DNA of 64,000 nt from Phycisphaerae bacterium (lineage in GTDB: Bacteria; Planctomycetota; Phycisphaerae; UBA1845), in NCBI GenBank assembly GCA_963666835.2, contig CAXXGO010000003.1, positions 640,001 through 704,000 on the forward strand, written 5' to 3'. The first letter of the stretch is position 1. Every line of letters starts with the position of its first letter. The notes beneath the pieces are model-generated. The model saw nothing but the letters and a program-made list of their open reading frames with translations, searched no databases and had not been told where the DNA came from. The translations under genes and the position numbers were made by a program. Positions 47,053-57,052 of the stretch are shown here, piece after piece.

Positions 47053-48486
47053 GTGCTTAGAATCAAAATCAGTGATGGCGCACAAGATAAATTGGAAGTT
47101 CTGTTAACCTTCGCGTACGCGCCGCGCGAGCCGATCGCGGGTAGCGTCAGCGCCAATGTTGGCGAGATCACCATTACCAACCGAGGAAAGACCGGCAGGA
47201 AGACTGCTCGCTTGACTGCAGAGGTCTCCCTGGGAGCCCAGCAGGAATGCACCGCGGAGACCATCCGCAGGGCCGCCGGAGCCGTCGCCGATTGGATCGG
47301 GAAACACCACATTCGGCGGGCCGGCGTCACACTTCCCGAATCTGAGGGTCTGAACGCGGACGATTCCGTAATAGCCGTTTGCGAGGGGCTGGCTCTGGGT
47401 TCGTTCACGTTCGATCGCCATCAGTCTCCCCAACGGCCTTCTCCCGCGCCTGTCGTTCATCTGCTCAAACCCACCGACCCGGCGCAAACGCGACGCCTCG
47501 TGCGTGAGAGCAACGCCCTGTCTGAAGCGGTGAACCTCGCCCGAGAATGGGGGCACGAGCCGCCCAACGTGCTGAATCCGGTCTCACTGGCGACCCGGGT
47601 ACGCAAGATGGCCCGCGCGGCGTCCTTACGCTGCACCGTCTACGATCAGAAGAAACTGGCGGCGATGAAAGCCGGGGCCATCCTGGCGGTGGGATCGGGA
47701 AGCAAGACGCCTTCGCGGCTGATTGTCCTCGAATACCCAGGCGCAGGCCGCGCGAAACCACCGCGCCCGATCGTCTTGGTGGGCAAGGCTATTACCTTCG
47801 ACACCGGGGGCTACTCGCTGAAGGACAAGAACAACATCGTAGGAATGAAATACGACAAGTGCGGCGGGATGGCCGTGATTGGGGTGATGAAGGCCGCTGC
47901 GGCTCTCAAGCTGCGAACTCCGCTCGTTGGAATCGTAGCGGCGGCAGAGAACATGATCTCCGGGCGAGCGTACCGTCCCAACGACATCATCAAGACGATG
48001 AGCGGCAAGACCGTCGAGATCATCAGCACCGACGCGGAAGGTCGCCTGGTTCTCGCCGATGCCTTGACCTTCGCTCAGCAACGGTACAAACCTAAGACGA
48101 TCATCGACCTGGCGACCTTGACCGGTGGCGTCGTAGTGTCATTGGGCTCGGTGCGGGCCGGTTTGTTCGCCAACGACGACAAGCTGGCCGAACAGCTTCT
48201 CTCGGCGGGGGACCGGGTATACGAGCGTCTCTGGCGTCTCCCGCTCGACGAAGAATACGGTGAGTCAATCAAGGGCGATGACAGCGACTTGAAGAACTCT
48301 GCGGGGCGCGCGGGGCACGCCCCCATCGCCGCCAACTTCCTTATGCAGTTCATTCAGAAGAACATCGCCTGGGCCCATCTCGACATTGCCGGCACGGCCG
48401 ATTGCGAGAAGGCGCTGCCGTATTGCCCCAAGGGGGCCACCGGCTTCGGTGTGCGGTTGTTGATCGAGTACCTTCGCAATCTGTAG
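47053..48486 (+). CDS. pepA: Leucyl aminopeptidase (M17)
   Basis: VGKAITFDTGG, MKYDKCGG, STDAEGRLVLADAL, DLATLTG, WAHLDIAG. Confidence 0.95.
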   Translation: MLRIKISDGAQDKLEVLLTFAYAPREPIAGSVSANVGEITITNRGKTGRKTARLTAEVSLGAQQECTAETIRRAAGAVADWIGKHHIRRAGVTLPESEGLNADDSVIAVCEGLALGSFTFDRHQSPQRPSPAPVVHLLKPTDPAQTRRLVRESNALSEAVNLAREWGHEPPNVLNPVSLATRVRKMARAASLRCTVYDQKKLAAMKAGAILAVGSGSKTPSRLIVLEYPGAGRAKPPRPIVLVGKAITFDTGGYSLKDKNNIVGMKYDKCGGMAVIGVMKAAAALKLRTPLVGIVAAAENMISGRAYRPNDIIKTMSGKTVEIISTDAEGRLVLADALTFAQQRYKPKTIIDLATLTGGVVVSLGSVRAGLFANDDKLAEQLLSAGDRVYERLWRLPLDEEYGESIKGDDSDLKNSAGRAGHAPIAANFLMQFIQKNIAWAHLDIAGTADCEKALPYCPKGATGFGVRLLIEYLRNL

Positions 48487-48508
48487 GCTGGACCGGACAC
48501 CGCGCGAA

Positions 48509-48542
48509 CGCCCGGACCCGCAAACTGGGAGACGTCCGGGCG
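48509..48542 (+). terminator. Hairpin after pepA
   Basis: cgcccggac...gtccgggcg 9-bp stem; weak U tract. Confidence 0.3.
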
Positions 48543-48871
48543 GCGCTTAATCTTTGCCGCGGCAGAAGACCCAGCGGCGTCCTCACCCCCTCAGACAGGC
48601 ACGTCACCAAGACGCCGTGACGGCTCCGGCCGTTGCCGTTCGAACGGTCGGATAACCCCGAAGCTCAAAGCTTGCCGCCGCCGCAGTCCCATAATTCGAG
48701 CCGACGGCAACGTCCGATATTAGTGACAGTGGATGGCACTATCACAACGTCCGGTAAGCCTCGCATAGGCGTATGGCATCTGCCGACATTTCCGGCCATT
48801 GACAGGAGTGCCGTTATGGCGTCGTTCGTTAAGCTTGGATTATCACGCTCAGCGCACAGACCGCGACATCC

Positions 48872-48901
48872 TTGCCAAAGGGGCGGCACTTGCGGTATGA
48901 T
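48872..48901 (+). promoter_or_regulatory. Putative sigma70 promoter of the PEP-CTERM gene
   Basis: TTGCCA-N18-TATGAT. Confidence 0.4.
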
Positions 48902-49034
48902 AAGGCGTCGCCCACCCCAGGTGGAGCGCGAATAGTACAACCGGCAAAGGACGTTGCCGTCGCGACCCCGGGCCGCACACTGTGCGTGCCAACGCGATGT
49001 CAGCACCTTTGAATAGAGTGAGGGGATTGGGAAG

Positions 49035-49652
49035 ATGGCACAGAAGATGACTTGTCGAGTTGCGGGGCTGGTAGGCGTGTGGCTTCTGGTAATGACAATT
49101 GCCAACCCGGCGATGGCCGTACTTCAGGTTGATGATTTCGAGGTCGGCGAGGTCGGCGGGTTCGACAATCCGGTATTCGTCCACAACATCGGCCCCGACG
49201 AGTTGTATCAATACGCACCGGTCTTCAACGGTTTCTATGTCGGATCGCCGATATCTCCCAATCATGCCCTCTTTCTCAGTCCGGGCACCGACTACATCAC
49301 GTTCAATCTCAATGCCGGCGAGTTTGTCGACTACGCCTCCGTCTGGGCGCTCAGGGTCGTTCCTTACGACGAAGGCGTGACCATGCTCCACGCCATTGGA
49401 GTGGACAGCACCGGGCGGCCATTGGAATACACCGTCGCCGCCCCCGCCCCAACCGGGTCGGCGGAGTGGGTGTTTTTGGATACTACCGGAGCCGGTTTCG
49501 CGGAGATTACCGAAGTCCGGCTGACCGGGCTCTCTAAGAGCCATTTTGACGACCTCGCCATCAACGTCGTACCCGAGCCGGCTACCCTGGGGATGCTCGC
49601 TCTGGGCGCGGGCGCATTGGCCTGGATGAAACGCCGCCGGCTGCAGCGCTAG
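49035..49652 (+). CDS. PEP-CTERM sorting domain protein
   Basis: Signal peptide; C-terminal VPEPATLGMLALGAGALAWMKRRR. Confidence 0.92.
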   Translation: MAQKMTCRVAGLVGVWLLVMTIANPAMAVLQVDDFEVGEVGGFDNPVFVHNIGPDELYQYAPVFNGFYVGSPISPNHALFLSPGTDYITFNLNAGEFVDYASVWALRVVPYDEGVTMLHAIGVDSTGRPLEYTVAAPAPTGSAEWVFLDTTGAGFAEITEVRLTGLSKSHFDDLAINVVPEPATLGMLALGAGALAWMKRRRLQR

Positions 49653-50034
49653 CTGCTTGGCACACGTGAGGGGCCGGGTTCGGTCCACAGCGTACCGCGT
49701 CCCCGGACTGCTCAAGAGCGGTAGCACACCCGCTGTCGTAGTGGGAGCAGGCGGCGCCGCGCCGGACTATTCCAAACGCAATCGGCCGGCAACACGGCAG
49801 GCTCAACTATCGGACGGGGCCACCCCGGCAGTTTGTATGTTCTTGTCAACACGCCTGAATTGCTCCACATCCAGCGCCCATTCGAGGGCAAAACAGGCTA
49901 TCATATTGTTGCAGGGGACGCGGTTTCTGCCGTCACGGCAGAAACGCGGAGGTTGAACCGGACCCGCTGGGTCCGGGATGGCGGGTCTGCCATCACTGTT
50001 TGCAGGGTGCTCGCGCAGAGCGCTCGGGGGTAAT

Positions 50035-50946
50035 ATGACTGCTCGACATCCGGTGCTTCCGGTCTTGTTTGCGCTGGCTTCGGTCTCAGTGCTTGTTCTG
50101 TGCGCCCAGGGTAATGCGGCGCCCGAGGGAGCGAATCCGGGGCCGTCTGATCTCGTAATCCCAACGGCAGCCTCAGTTACCTTGCCAAACCCGACGCCGG
50201 CGGTGTTTGATGGGAGATACCTCTACTTCGTCTCGAACGAAGGAGTTGACCTCCGAGATGCCTCAGCCTGTCGCTACGATACTACAGGGAGCATTGACGA
50301 CCCCTCGTCGTGGGCGACGTTTCCCCTGACCAACAGTGCGGCGATGAACCTCTCGGCCGCGGTCTTCGATGGTCGGTTCGCGTATTTCAAAGGCGTAAGC
50401 CGCCGGCTTCCACCGGCGGACGTGGTCGCTCGCTTCGATACCACAAGGTCCTTTGCCAGCACCGAAGCTTGGGAGACATTCAGAGCGGGGGAACACTCTG
50501 ACAGCAGCGTATCAACAGCACCTTTTGCCGGCTTCCTCACCGACGATTACGTGTGCTTCCCCCAGGCTAACAAGAACGACTCTCCCGGAAACGAAGTACT
50601 CCGATTCGACACAAAAGGCGCGTTTTCGGACCCCGCTTCCTGGGACCGCCACGTGGTCGCTTCCATCGATGAACATCGCCCGGGCGGAGCGCACGGGCTC
50701 CGGTACATTCAGCTCGATCCGCAGCGGTGGCGACCACTGACCGAAATAGCCCCGCTGGGCGTCTCGACGCGCGAAACCTCGCCCCTCACTCCCGTGCAAT
50801 GGAGTCTGGTCGGTCTGTCCTTGGTCATCCTGACAGCCATGATGTCACGTGCCCGCTACCGCAGAGACGAATGTCAGGGCTTCGACGAGAATAGAATGAC
50901 GTCCTTCCGAAGCTGCACTTCCTCTCGGTGCTCATTCCGGAGATAG
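50035..50946 (+). CDS. Secreted, C-terminally anchored protein with three FDGRY..RxDT..SW repeats
   Basis: AVFDGRYLYF..RYDTT..SSW; AVFDGRFAYF..RFDTT..AW; RFDTK..ASW; TM QWSLVGLSLVILTAMM followed by RARYRR. Confidence 0.65.
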   Translation: MTARHPVLPVLFALASVSVLVLCAQGNAAPEGANPGPSDLVIPTAASVTLPNPTPAVFDGRYLYFVSNEGVDLRDASACRYDTTGSIDDPSSWATFPLTNSAAMNLSAAVFDGRFAYFKGVSRRLPPADVVARFDTTRSFASTEAWETFRAGEHSDSSVSTAPFAGFLTDDYVCFPQANKNDSPGNEVLRFDTKGAFSDPASWDRHVVASIDEHRPGGAHGLRYIQLDPQRWRPLTEIAPLGVSTRETSPLTPVQWSLVGLSLVILTAMMSRARYRRDECQGFDENRMTSFRSCTSSRCSFRR

Positions 50947-51014
50947 TACTCGCATCTGCGCGGCCTCGGCGGCAACTCGCAGAATACGGGTCTAACTGGA
51001 GTTGAGTCGACCTG

Positions 51015-51782
51015 ATGGCCGCTATCGTGCTCTTGCTCATCGCACTCGGCGTCGCCTGCGGCGCGTACGGATATTTTCGCGGCGGGATGCGGCTCGGCGT
51101 GAGCTTACTTCCGCCGATCGTCGTTGCGGCCGCCTTCTGGCTCTTCGGAGCAACCTGCTTCGGGATGGCGTCCGTTCGCAACTACGGCTTGGTCTGGCCG
51201 GCCCTCCTCATCCTCGTACCGAGCCTGACGGCGGGCCTGGGCATTCGGTATCTAATTCAGCGACGACTGCCCAAACGCGTACACATGGTCGACCGAGCAG
51301 CGGGAGCCCTGGCCGGGCTGGTTGGCTCACTGCTGCTGGCGTGGTTGGGATGCGTGCAATTCGCGATTCTGGCAGCAGCTCGCGACCCCGGCCGAGAGGA
51401 TGGACCGGCCATACTCTTCGCCCGAGCCGTCAACGGAGCGTTCATTCAGCGAATCCCGATAGTGGGCTCCGGTGGCCGGACTATGATGAACCTACTCGAG
51501 ATCGCTACCGCGGAGGAAAGCGTGCGCCGGGCTGCTGTCGTGGAGCTGGGGCTCGACCGACTGCGCGAGCTGCCGGAAATGCAAGCGATTCTCTCCGATA
51601 CGGCCACCCAGGCTGACATCGAGGCCGCAGCCAAGGGCAACCTCTCGGCCCTGTGGCGCTTGCAACGCAACGCGCAGATTCTGCGGCTTTTCGACAATGA
51701 AGAGATGGCTGCGGCGGTAAGCCGGCGTACGCTTGACGAGCTCGCTGACGGGGTTCGCAGAGCGAAGGGCGCCGGAGACTAA
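51015..51782 (+). CDS. CvpA-like membrane protein
   Basis: AYGYFRGG near the N-terminus, four TM segments, VDRAAGALAGLV. Confidence 0.6.
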   Translation: MAAIVLLLIALGVACGAYGYFRGGMRLGVSLLPPIVVAAAFWLFGATCFGMASVRNYGLVWPALLILVPSLTAGLGIRYLIQRRLPKRVHMVDRAAGALAGLVGSLLLAWLGCVQFAILAAARDPGREDGPAILFARAVNGAFIQRIPIVGSGGRTMMNLLEIATAEESVRRAAVVELGLDRLRELPEMQAILSDTATQADIEAAAKGNLSALWRLQRNAQILRLFDNEEMAAAVSRRTLDELADGVRRAKGAGD

Positions 51783-52130
51783 TCGCGTTCAGCCGAGTCG
51801 CAGCGTTCAGAGCCGACATTCAATCCCACGGGAGGAAGCCCCGCCCTGCCCGGCTCCGCTCTTCTTCTTCAAACGGACCGCTGGGCCTTTAACGGGACGA
51901 CCGGCCCGGCCTGCTGAGTCCGCAGCGGGCGTAACACCAACGTAACGGTATGGCCGATGGGCGATCGGTGGACTTCGAAGGGGACCCAACTATAGTACGT
52001 CTGGCGGTTACGTACCGGTCACGGCATTTTCCGACCGTCGGGGAACCGCCGCCCCGGAAACCCGGTTGCGACTAGTCGTTTGAGCCTTGGCGGCAATTGC
52101 CGACCACCGACCGATGGAGGATCTGCCAAA

Positions 52131-53921
52131 TTGACAGGTAGCGAGATACCAAACACAACGGCCGGCGGGCCGAGCCCGGCTCTGGCCCTGCTTCGAGCCG
52201 TCGGGTCTCTTTGGTACGCGGCGGTCCTGCTCATGCTGTTGCTCGTCGGCATGGCGTACGCCACGGTTTTTGAGTCGCTGCACGGCACGGAGCGAGCCCT
52301 CGAAGAGTTCTATTATTCGCGGTGGTTCACTACGTTGATGGCTCTGCTGGCGGTGAATGTCGCGGCGGCAATGCTAATCCGGTTTCCGTTCAAGCGGCGC
52401 CAAACCGGATTCGTGGTCACGCATGTCTGCATTCTCGTTACCCTTGCCGGAGCGCTAATCACCTCGGAACTCGGCACCAACGGACGCATTTTCGTCGGCG
52501 AAGACCAGACCGTCGATGAGTTCACCGTCCGCGGGAAGAGCACTCTCTCGGTCTCCAGGGCGGGAGGCGGTGAAGCGCAGTCGATTGAACTGCGGGGGCG
52601 TAAGTTCCGGGGTTACGTGCCCGTGGATCATCCCTCGGCACCAACTCTGTCTCTGGGGGAGTTGCAGATCGAGATCGAACAGTATCTTCCGGACAGCGAC
52701 AACCGGACAAGCGTGACCAACACCGGTGATGCTTTTCGCCATGCCGTCGAGGTGTCACTTTCAGAATCGGGAACGGAAAGACCTACATGGGTGTTCGCCG
52801 GTCGTCCCGACCGAATCGAAGGGCTCACGATCGAGTATCGCCTGGTCGACGATTCCGACGAGGCTAAACGCGTGCTGGCTCGGCCGGTACACGGGGTCTC
52901 CGCCGGTGGATTGTTGGCAATAGAACATCAGGGCATTACTCATCGGATTCCGCTCGCTGACGCGCTCCGTGCGGCGGTCCCTGTTTCAGACACCGGGTAC
53001 ACCGCCGAAGTTCTGCACTACTACCCGCACGCGACCGTCGGGGCAGACAAGAAGCTCGTCAACGCTTCCGACCGACCGGAGAACCCGGCGGTGCAGGTTG
53101 AATTGGTGTCCGGCGACCAGCGCGAGACCCACATCGCATTCGCCAACTACCCCCAATTCAAATCTCTTCACGGTCATTCCGCGCCCGGCACCTTCAACGT
53201 GACGTTTACCGCACCGAGTTCCGCAACCGCTGACATGCCAATCGAGGTCGTCGGCACTCCCACCGGGGAGTTGTTCGTGCGCTTCTGCGCGGACGGAGCT
53301 CAGTTGTTTACCGAGCAGTTGGCCGTGGGAACTGCCGTGGACTCACCATGGCCCGGTTTGCAGTTTTCCGTGTTGCGGCACTTTGACCACGCTACGGTCG
53401 ACTCGATCGTAGTTCCTCGGGAGTTGCGTAGCGAAGCTCGCATCCCAGCACTAATGTTGCGAGTGAGCACGGCCGACGAGGAAGTCCGGACCGGAGTGCA
53501 GAAGTACGACGAGCGCAAGCGGGTCACGATCGGCGGCGTAAGTTACGGGCTCAGCTACACGGATCAGGAGCTCCCGTTGGGCTACTCCCTGAAACTGGAC
53601 AGGTTCCACCTCGGCACCTACCCGGGCAGCTCGAAACCACGGTCTTTTGAAAGCCACGTTACGTTGACGGATCCGTCCTCCGGCGGACTCGAGAGTCGGA
53701 TAGTCAGCATGAACCACCCGGTCACGTTCGGCGGGTACGATCTGTTTCAATCAAGCTATCAGTTTTCGGGGGGGCAGGCGTACAGCCTCTTGAGCGTCTC
53801 GCATGATCCCGGCCGGCCGATCGTGTTTGCCGGATACATCGGAACGCTGATTGGAATGGTCATCGTGTTGGGAACCCGCATGGCCGAGCACCGCCGGAAA
53901 CAACGGTACGCCGGCTCCTAG
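52131..53921 (+). CDS. Cytochrome c biogenesis protein ResB/CcsB-like (start uncertain; TTG after GGAGG)
   Basis: FYYSRWF, GFVVTH, large periplasmic domain, YPGSSKPRSFES, VSMNHP, FQSSY, DPGRPIVFAGY. Confidence 0.85.
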   Translation: MTGSEIPNTTAGGPSPALALLRAVGSLWYAAVLLMLLLVGMAYATVFESLHGTERALEEFYYSRWFTTLMALLAVNVAAAMLIRFPFKRRQTGFVVTHVCILVTLAGALITSELGTNGRIFVGEDQTVDEFTVRGKSTLSVSRAGGGEAQSIELRGRKFRGYVPVDHPSAPTLSLGELQIEIEQYLPDSDNRTSVTNTGDAFRHAVEVSLSESGTERPTWVFAGRPDRIEGLTIEYRLVDDSDEAKRVLARPVHGVSAGGLLAIEHQGITHRIPLADALRAAVPVSDTGYTAEVLHYYPHATVGADKKLVNASDRPENPAVQVELVSGDQRETHIAFANYPQFKSLHGHSAPGTFNVTFTAPSSATADMPIEVVGTPTGELFVRFCADGAQLFTEQLAVGTAVDSPWPGLQFSVLRHFDHATVDSIVVPRELRSEARIPALMLRVSTADEEVRTGVQKYDERKRVTIGGVSYGLSYTDQELPLGYSLKLDRFHLGTYPGSSKPRSFESHVTLTDPSSGGLESRIVSMNHPVTFGGYDLFQSSYQFSGGQAYSLLSVSHDPGRPIVFAGYIGTLIGMVIVLGTRMAEHRRKQRYAGS

Positions 53922-53943
53922 CTCCAGAATCGTACGAGGGTAA

Positions 53944-55743
53944 GTGATGACGCACTCCGCAATAGTGTTCTTCCTGATCGCGGCCGCGGCGCCGGCGCAG
54001 AACCCCGGTGAATTCGGCACTCTCGACCTGAGCGGCATCCGGGGACTAACGGTCCAGCATGACGGGCGATGGATGCCGCTCGACACCGTTGCGCGGGACA
54101 TCGTCTCCAAGATCTCCGAATCAGAGTTCTTCGATGGGAAGGATCCCGTACACTGGCTGCTCGAATGGACCTTCGACCCGCAGGCTGGAATGGCCCAGCC
54201 GGTCATCACGCTCGCCAACGCCGAGTTGCGGCGCGAGCTTCGGCTTTCCCCAACTCAGACGGTCTTTTCGTTCAACGAACTTGCGAACCACGAGCCTCTG
54301 CGAGAGCTGATCGACGCCCTCGCCCACCGAAGTCGGCAAGGCAAACTGGATCCACTGGAGTCCAAAGTAGTGGAGATCAGAGGTCGATTGCTGACTCTAC
54401 GGGACGTCTTCGCCGGTGACGTCATCAACATGATCCCCGACCCGGACGACGCTTTCGGCGCGTGGATGCCCGTACCGCACGCCGGCCATCCGACCGGGAG
54501 CCAACCACTGGCGAGCGCCTGGAAGGCGCTGGGGGACGCGTTTCTGGCCAACGACTCAGCAGCCTTCAACGAAGCGTCAGCTCGGGTATCGGCAGAGGCC
54601 GCCGCTCTCCCGGCAGCACACCGCCCTGATCCAGCCAGAATCGCGACGGAGCTTCGCTACAACATCCTCAACCCGTTCCGCAAGTCCTGGATGATCATGA
54701 GCGGCGGCGCTCTTTTGGCCCTGATCGCCATGCTGGCTAAACGGAAGTGGATCGACGGCCTAGCCATCCTGGCGCTGATTGCCGGATTCGCAACGATCAG
54801 CTACGGATTGTCCTTACGTTGGGTCATCGCCGGGCGCATCCCCGCGGCGAACATGTACGAATCCCTGCTGTTTCTGGGTTGGGGGATGGGCGCTTTTGCG
54901 ATCATAGCGATGCTGGCCCTGCACCATCGAAGCGTCCCGTTGACCGCATCGGTCATGGGTGCATTGTCGCTGTTTTTGGCTGACATACTCCCGCTCGACC
55001 CCATGGTGCGTACCATCGTTCCGGTACTGAGAGACACGGTGTGGATGTCGATCCACGTACCGATCATCATGGTGTCATACTCCGTGTTGGCTCTGGCCGC
55101 CCTGTTGGCGCACGTTCAACTGGTGGTCATGGCGCTCATCCCCCACCGGAAGGACTATGCCAGGTCCATCGACTCGCTGCACTATTGGCACATCCACGTA
55201 GGTTCGCTTCTCCTGCTGGCCGGGATCATGACGGGGAGTATGTGGGGGGCATCATCATGGGGACGGTATTGGGGGTGGGATCCGAAAGAGGTCTGGTCGC
55301 TGATCGCCTTCGTCGGTTACCTGGCAATCCTCCACGTCCGGGTGGATCATTCCAGGGTGCCTCGTGGGGGCTTTGTCATCGCAAGCGTAGTGGTCGCGGC
55401 CGTGTTCGTGATTATCGCCAATAAGATGAGTCCTTTGACACCCTGGCGGCTCGCGGCCTGTGGGGGAACGTGTGCCGCTGTGATGTTCTTCGTGCTAGCC
55501 CGCGGCCCCCTTGCGACAGCAATCAAGAGCATCGCCTGCTTCTGGCTGATCATCATGACGTACCTCGGGGTCAACTACGTTCTCGGCACCGGATTGCACA
55601 GCTACGGGTTCGGCACCGGGGCTATGACCAAATGGCTGTTTCTGATCGGGGAGATTGATTTGGGACTGATCGCCCTACTTGCGATAATCTACCTGGCCGG
55701 GCGTCGCGCGAAGCCCCTTGAGAGTGTCGCCGCAACACCGTGA
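53944..55743 (+). CDS. ccsA: Cytochrome c biogenesis protein CcsA/ResC (system II)
   Basis: PAANMYES, WMSIHV, WWD motif WGASSWGRYWGWDPKEVW, GVNYVLGTGLHSYG. Confidence 0.93.
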   Translation: MMTHSAIVFFLIAAAAPAQNPGEFGTLDLSGIRGLTVQHDGRWMPLDTVARDIVSKISESEFFDGKDPVHWLLEWTFDPQAGMAQPVITLANAELRRELRLSPTQTVFSFNELANHEPLRELIDALAHRSRQGKLDPLESKVVEIRGRLLTLRDVFAGDVINMIPDPDDAFGAWMPVPHAGHPTGSQPLASAWKALGDAFLANDSAAFNEASARVSAEAAALPAAHRPDPARIATELRYNILNPFRKSWMIMSGGALLALIAMLAKRKWIDGLAILALIAGFATISYGLSLRWVIAGRIPAANMYESLLFLGWGMGAFAIIAMLALHHRSVPLTASVMGALSLFLADILPLDPMVRTIVPVLRDTVWMSIHVPIIMVSYSVLALAALLAHVQLVVMALIPHRKDYARSIDSLHYWHIHVGSLLLLAGIMTGSMWGASSWGRYWGWDPKEVWSLIAFVGYLAILHVRVDHSRVPRGGFVIASVVVAAVFVIIANKMSPLTPWRLAACGGTCAAVMFFVLARGPLATAIKSIACFWLIIMTYLGVNYVLGTGLHSYGFGTGAMTKWLFLIGEIDLGLIALLAIIYLAGRRAKPLESVAATP

Positions 55744-55799
55744 CCCTCGCCTGCTCCGGTCGAAGGGTCTGAGAAAACGCGATTGCTTCTGAAGACGGG

Positions 55800-56213
55800 C
55801 TACGAGTGCTGTACGAGGACGACGTTGTCGGGCAGAAACGCAATCGCCGCGGCAACTTCTTCCCAGGGAGGATCGCTGGGGCCAACGTCGAATCGAGGCA
55901 GGAGAGTCCTTGCATCTCCCACCAGCCTGCCCAACTCCCGGCCGCTCCGAGCGACGATATCGAGATTGACCCCGGACCACTGGTACTGCTTGATGGGAAA
56001 CGAAAGCACACCCGGGCGGACTTCGTGTACGTGGTTGCCCCTTGAGGTAAGCAATCGCCCAAGATCGCCCTCGATGTTGTGATACTGTTGAGCAGCCTCC
56101 AGGGCCAACCCTGAGTCCATAATCGCCATGCCGTCGTCGGTTGTCGCCCCGGTCGTCGGAATGCACCGCCACTCGGCAGGCTCAATCCAGAGATTGCATG
56201 CTTTCTCAATCAT
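55800..56213 (-). CDS. Small macrodomain-like (ADP-ribose-binding family) protein with degenerate Gly loops
   Basis: NLW..CIPTTG....G.AIMDSGLA.EA, LG.LL..GNHV, LSFPIK, LDIVARS..EL, LLPRFDVG...WEEV. Confidence 0.65.
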   Translation of the reverse strand: MIEKACNLWIEPAEWRCIPTTGATTDDGMAIMDSGLALEAAQQYHNIEGDLGRLLTSRGNHVHEVRPGVLSFPIKQYQWSGVNLDIVARSGRELGRLVGDARTLLPRFDVGPSDPPWEEVAAAIAFLPDNVVLVQHS

Positions 56214-56264
56214 GTCCTCATCCGTATCGACGACCACGGCCCCACGCGGGTAACTACGCGTTAG

Positions 56265-56293
56265 TTATCGGCAATGACATGCCCACGGCTTTG
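56265..56293 (-). promoter_or_regulatory. Possible sigma28 promoter of the macrodomain-like gene
   Basis: Perfect -10 GCCGATAA on the minus strand (56272-56265); upstream CAAAG with spacing ~2 bp longer than consensus. Confidence 0.35.
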
Positions 56294-57052
56294 CTAACCC
56301 GGACACATCCCCGGAAGCCCGCTCTGCGGCACCCGCCCAGATGTGCGGGCTAACTGAGAACACCCGTATTATCAGCCCTTTGGCAGCGGGTCAAACCACC
56401 CCGGCGTTCATCGCGAGCACGGAATCCGCAAGTGAGACCAACGTCGCAAGCCGAGAACGTGCAGAAACCGTGGAAATCCAATCCGGGAGTTCTTCCGGCG
56501 TAGTACTTCCGCAACCCACTCCTCCATACCCCCCTATTCTCACGACACCGGGAAAACCAGTAAACCTGCGGAGCAATCCCGGCCCGCCTTCTGTCTGGCG
56601 TGCCGCCACACGGCCCGCAAACGTAGCCCGCAGAGTCCAACCGCGCGCCACGGATATCCGAGATTATCTTCTTTGGTGAGACGCGAAAACTCGCGGGACC
56701 GTTTGCACCTCAACCGGCCGACGCGATAAGCCGAAGAGATGCCAAGTGTCGACAGGGTTCGCCCTCGTCAATACTGGTGTCGGGGCCTTCGAGACGAATC
56801 GGGGTGGAGAAGATGTGCGAGCGGTGATGCCCGCGACCGTACATCAGGGGATAACCCAGTTCCGAGTCCGGTCCGCGAGATGTGGGTCCAGACGCCGTAT
56901 TCGCTTCGAACAGCTCCCGGTCCCACTACGCGTCGGCTAAAGTCAGCGCGGGCAGAACGTCCCTTGGAATCGACACGATTAGTCAATCGGTCCTGTGCGT
57001 CGACCAGGCTTCGTCGGCGCGCGAGTACAACACAGAACGCTGGGGATCCCCG

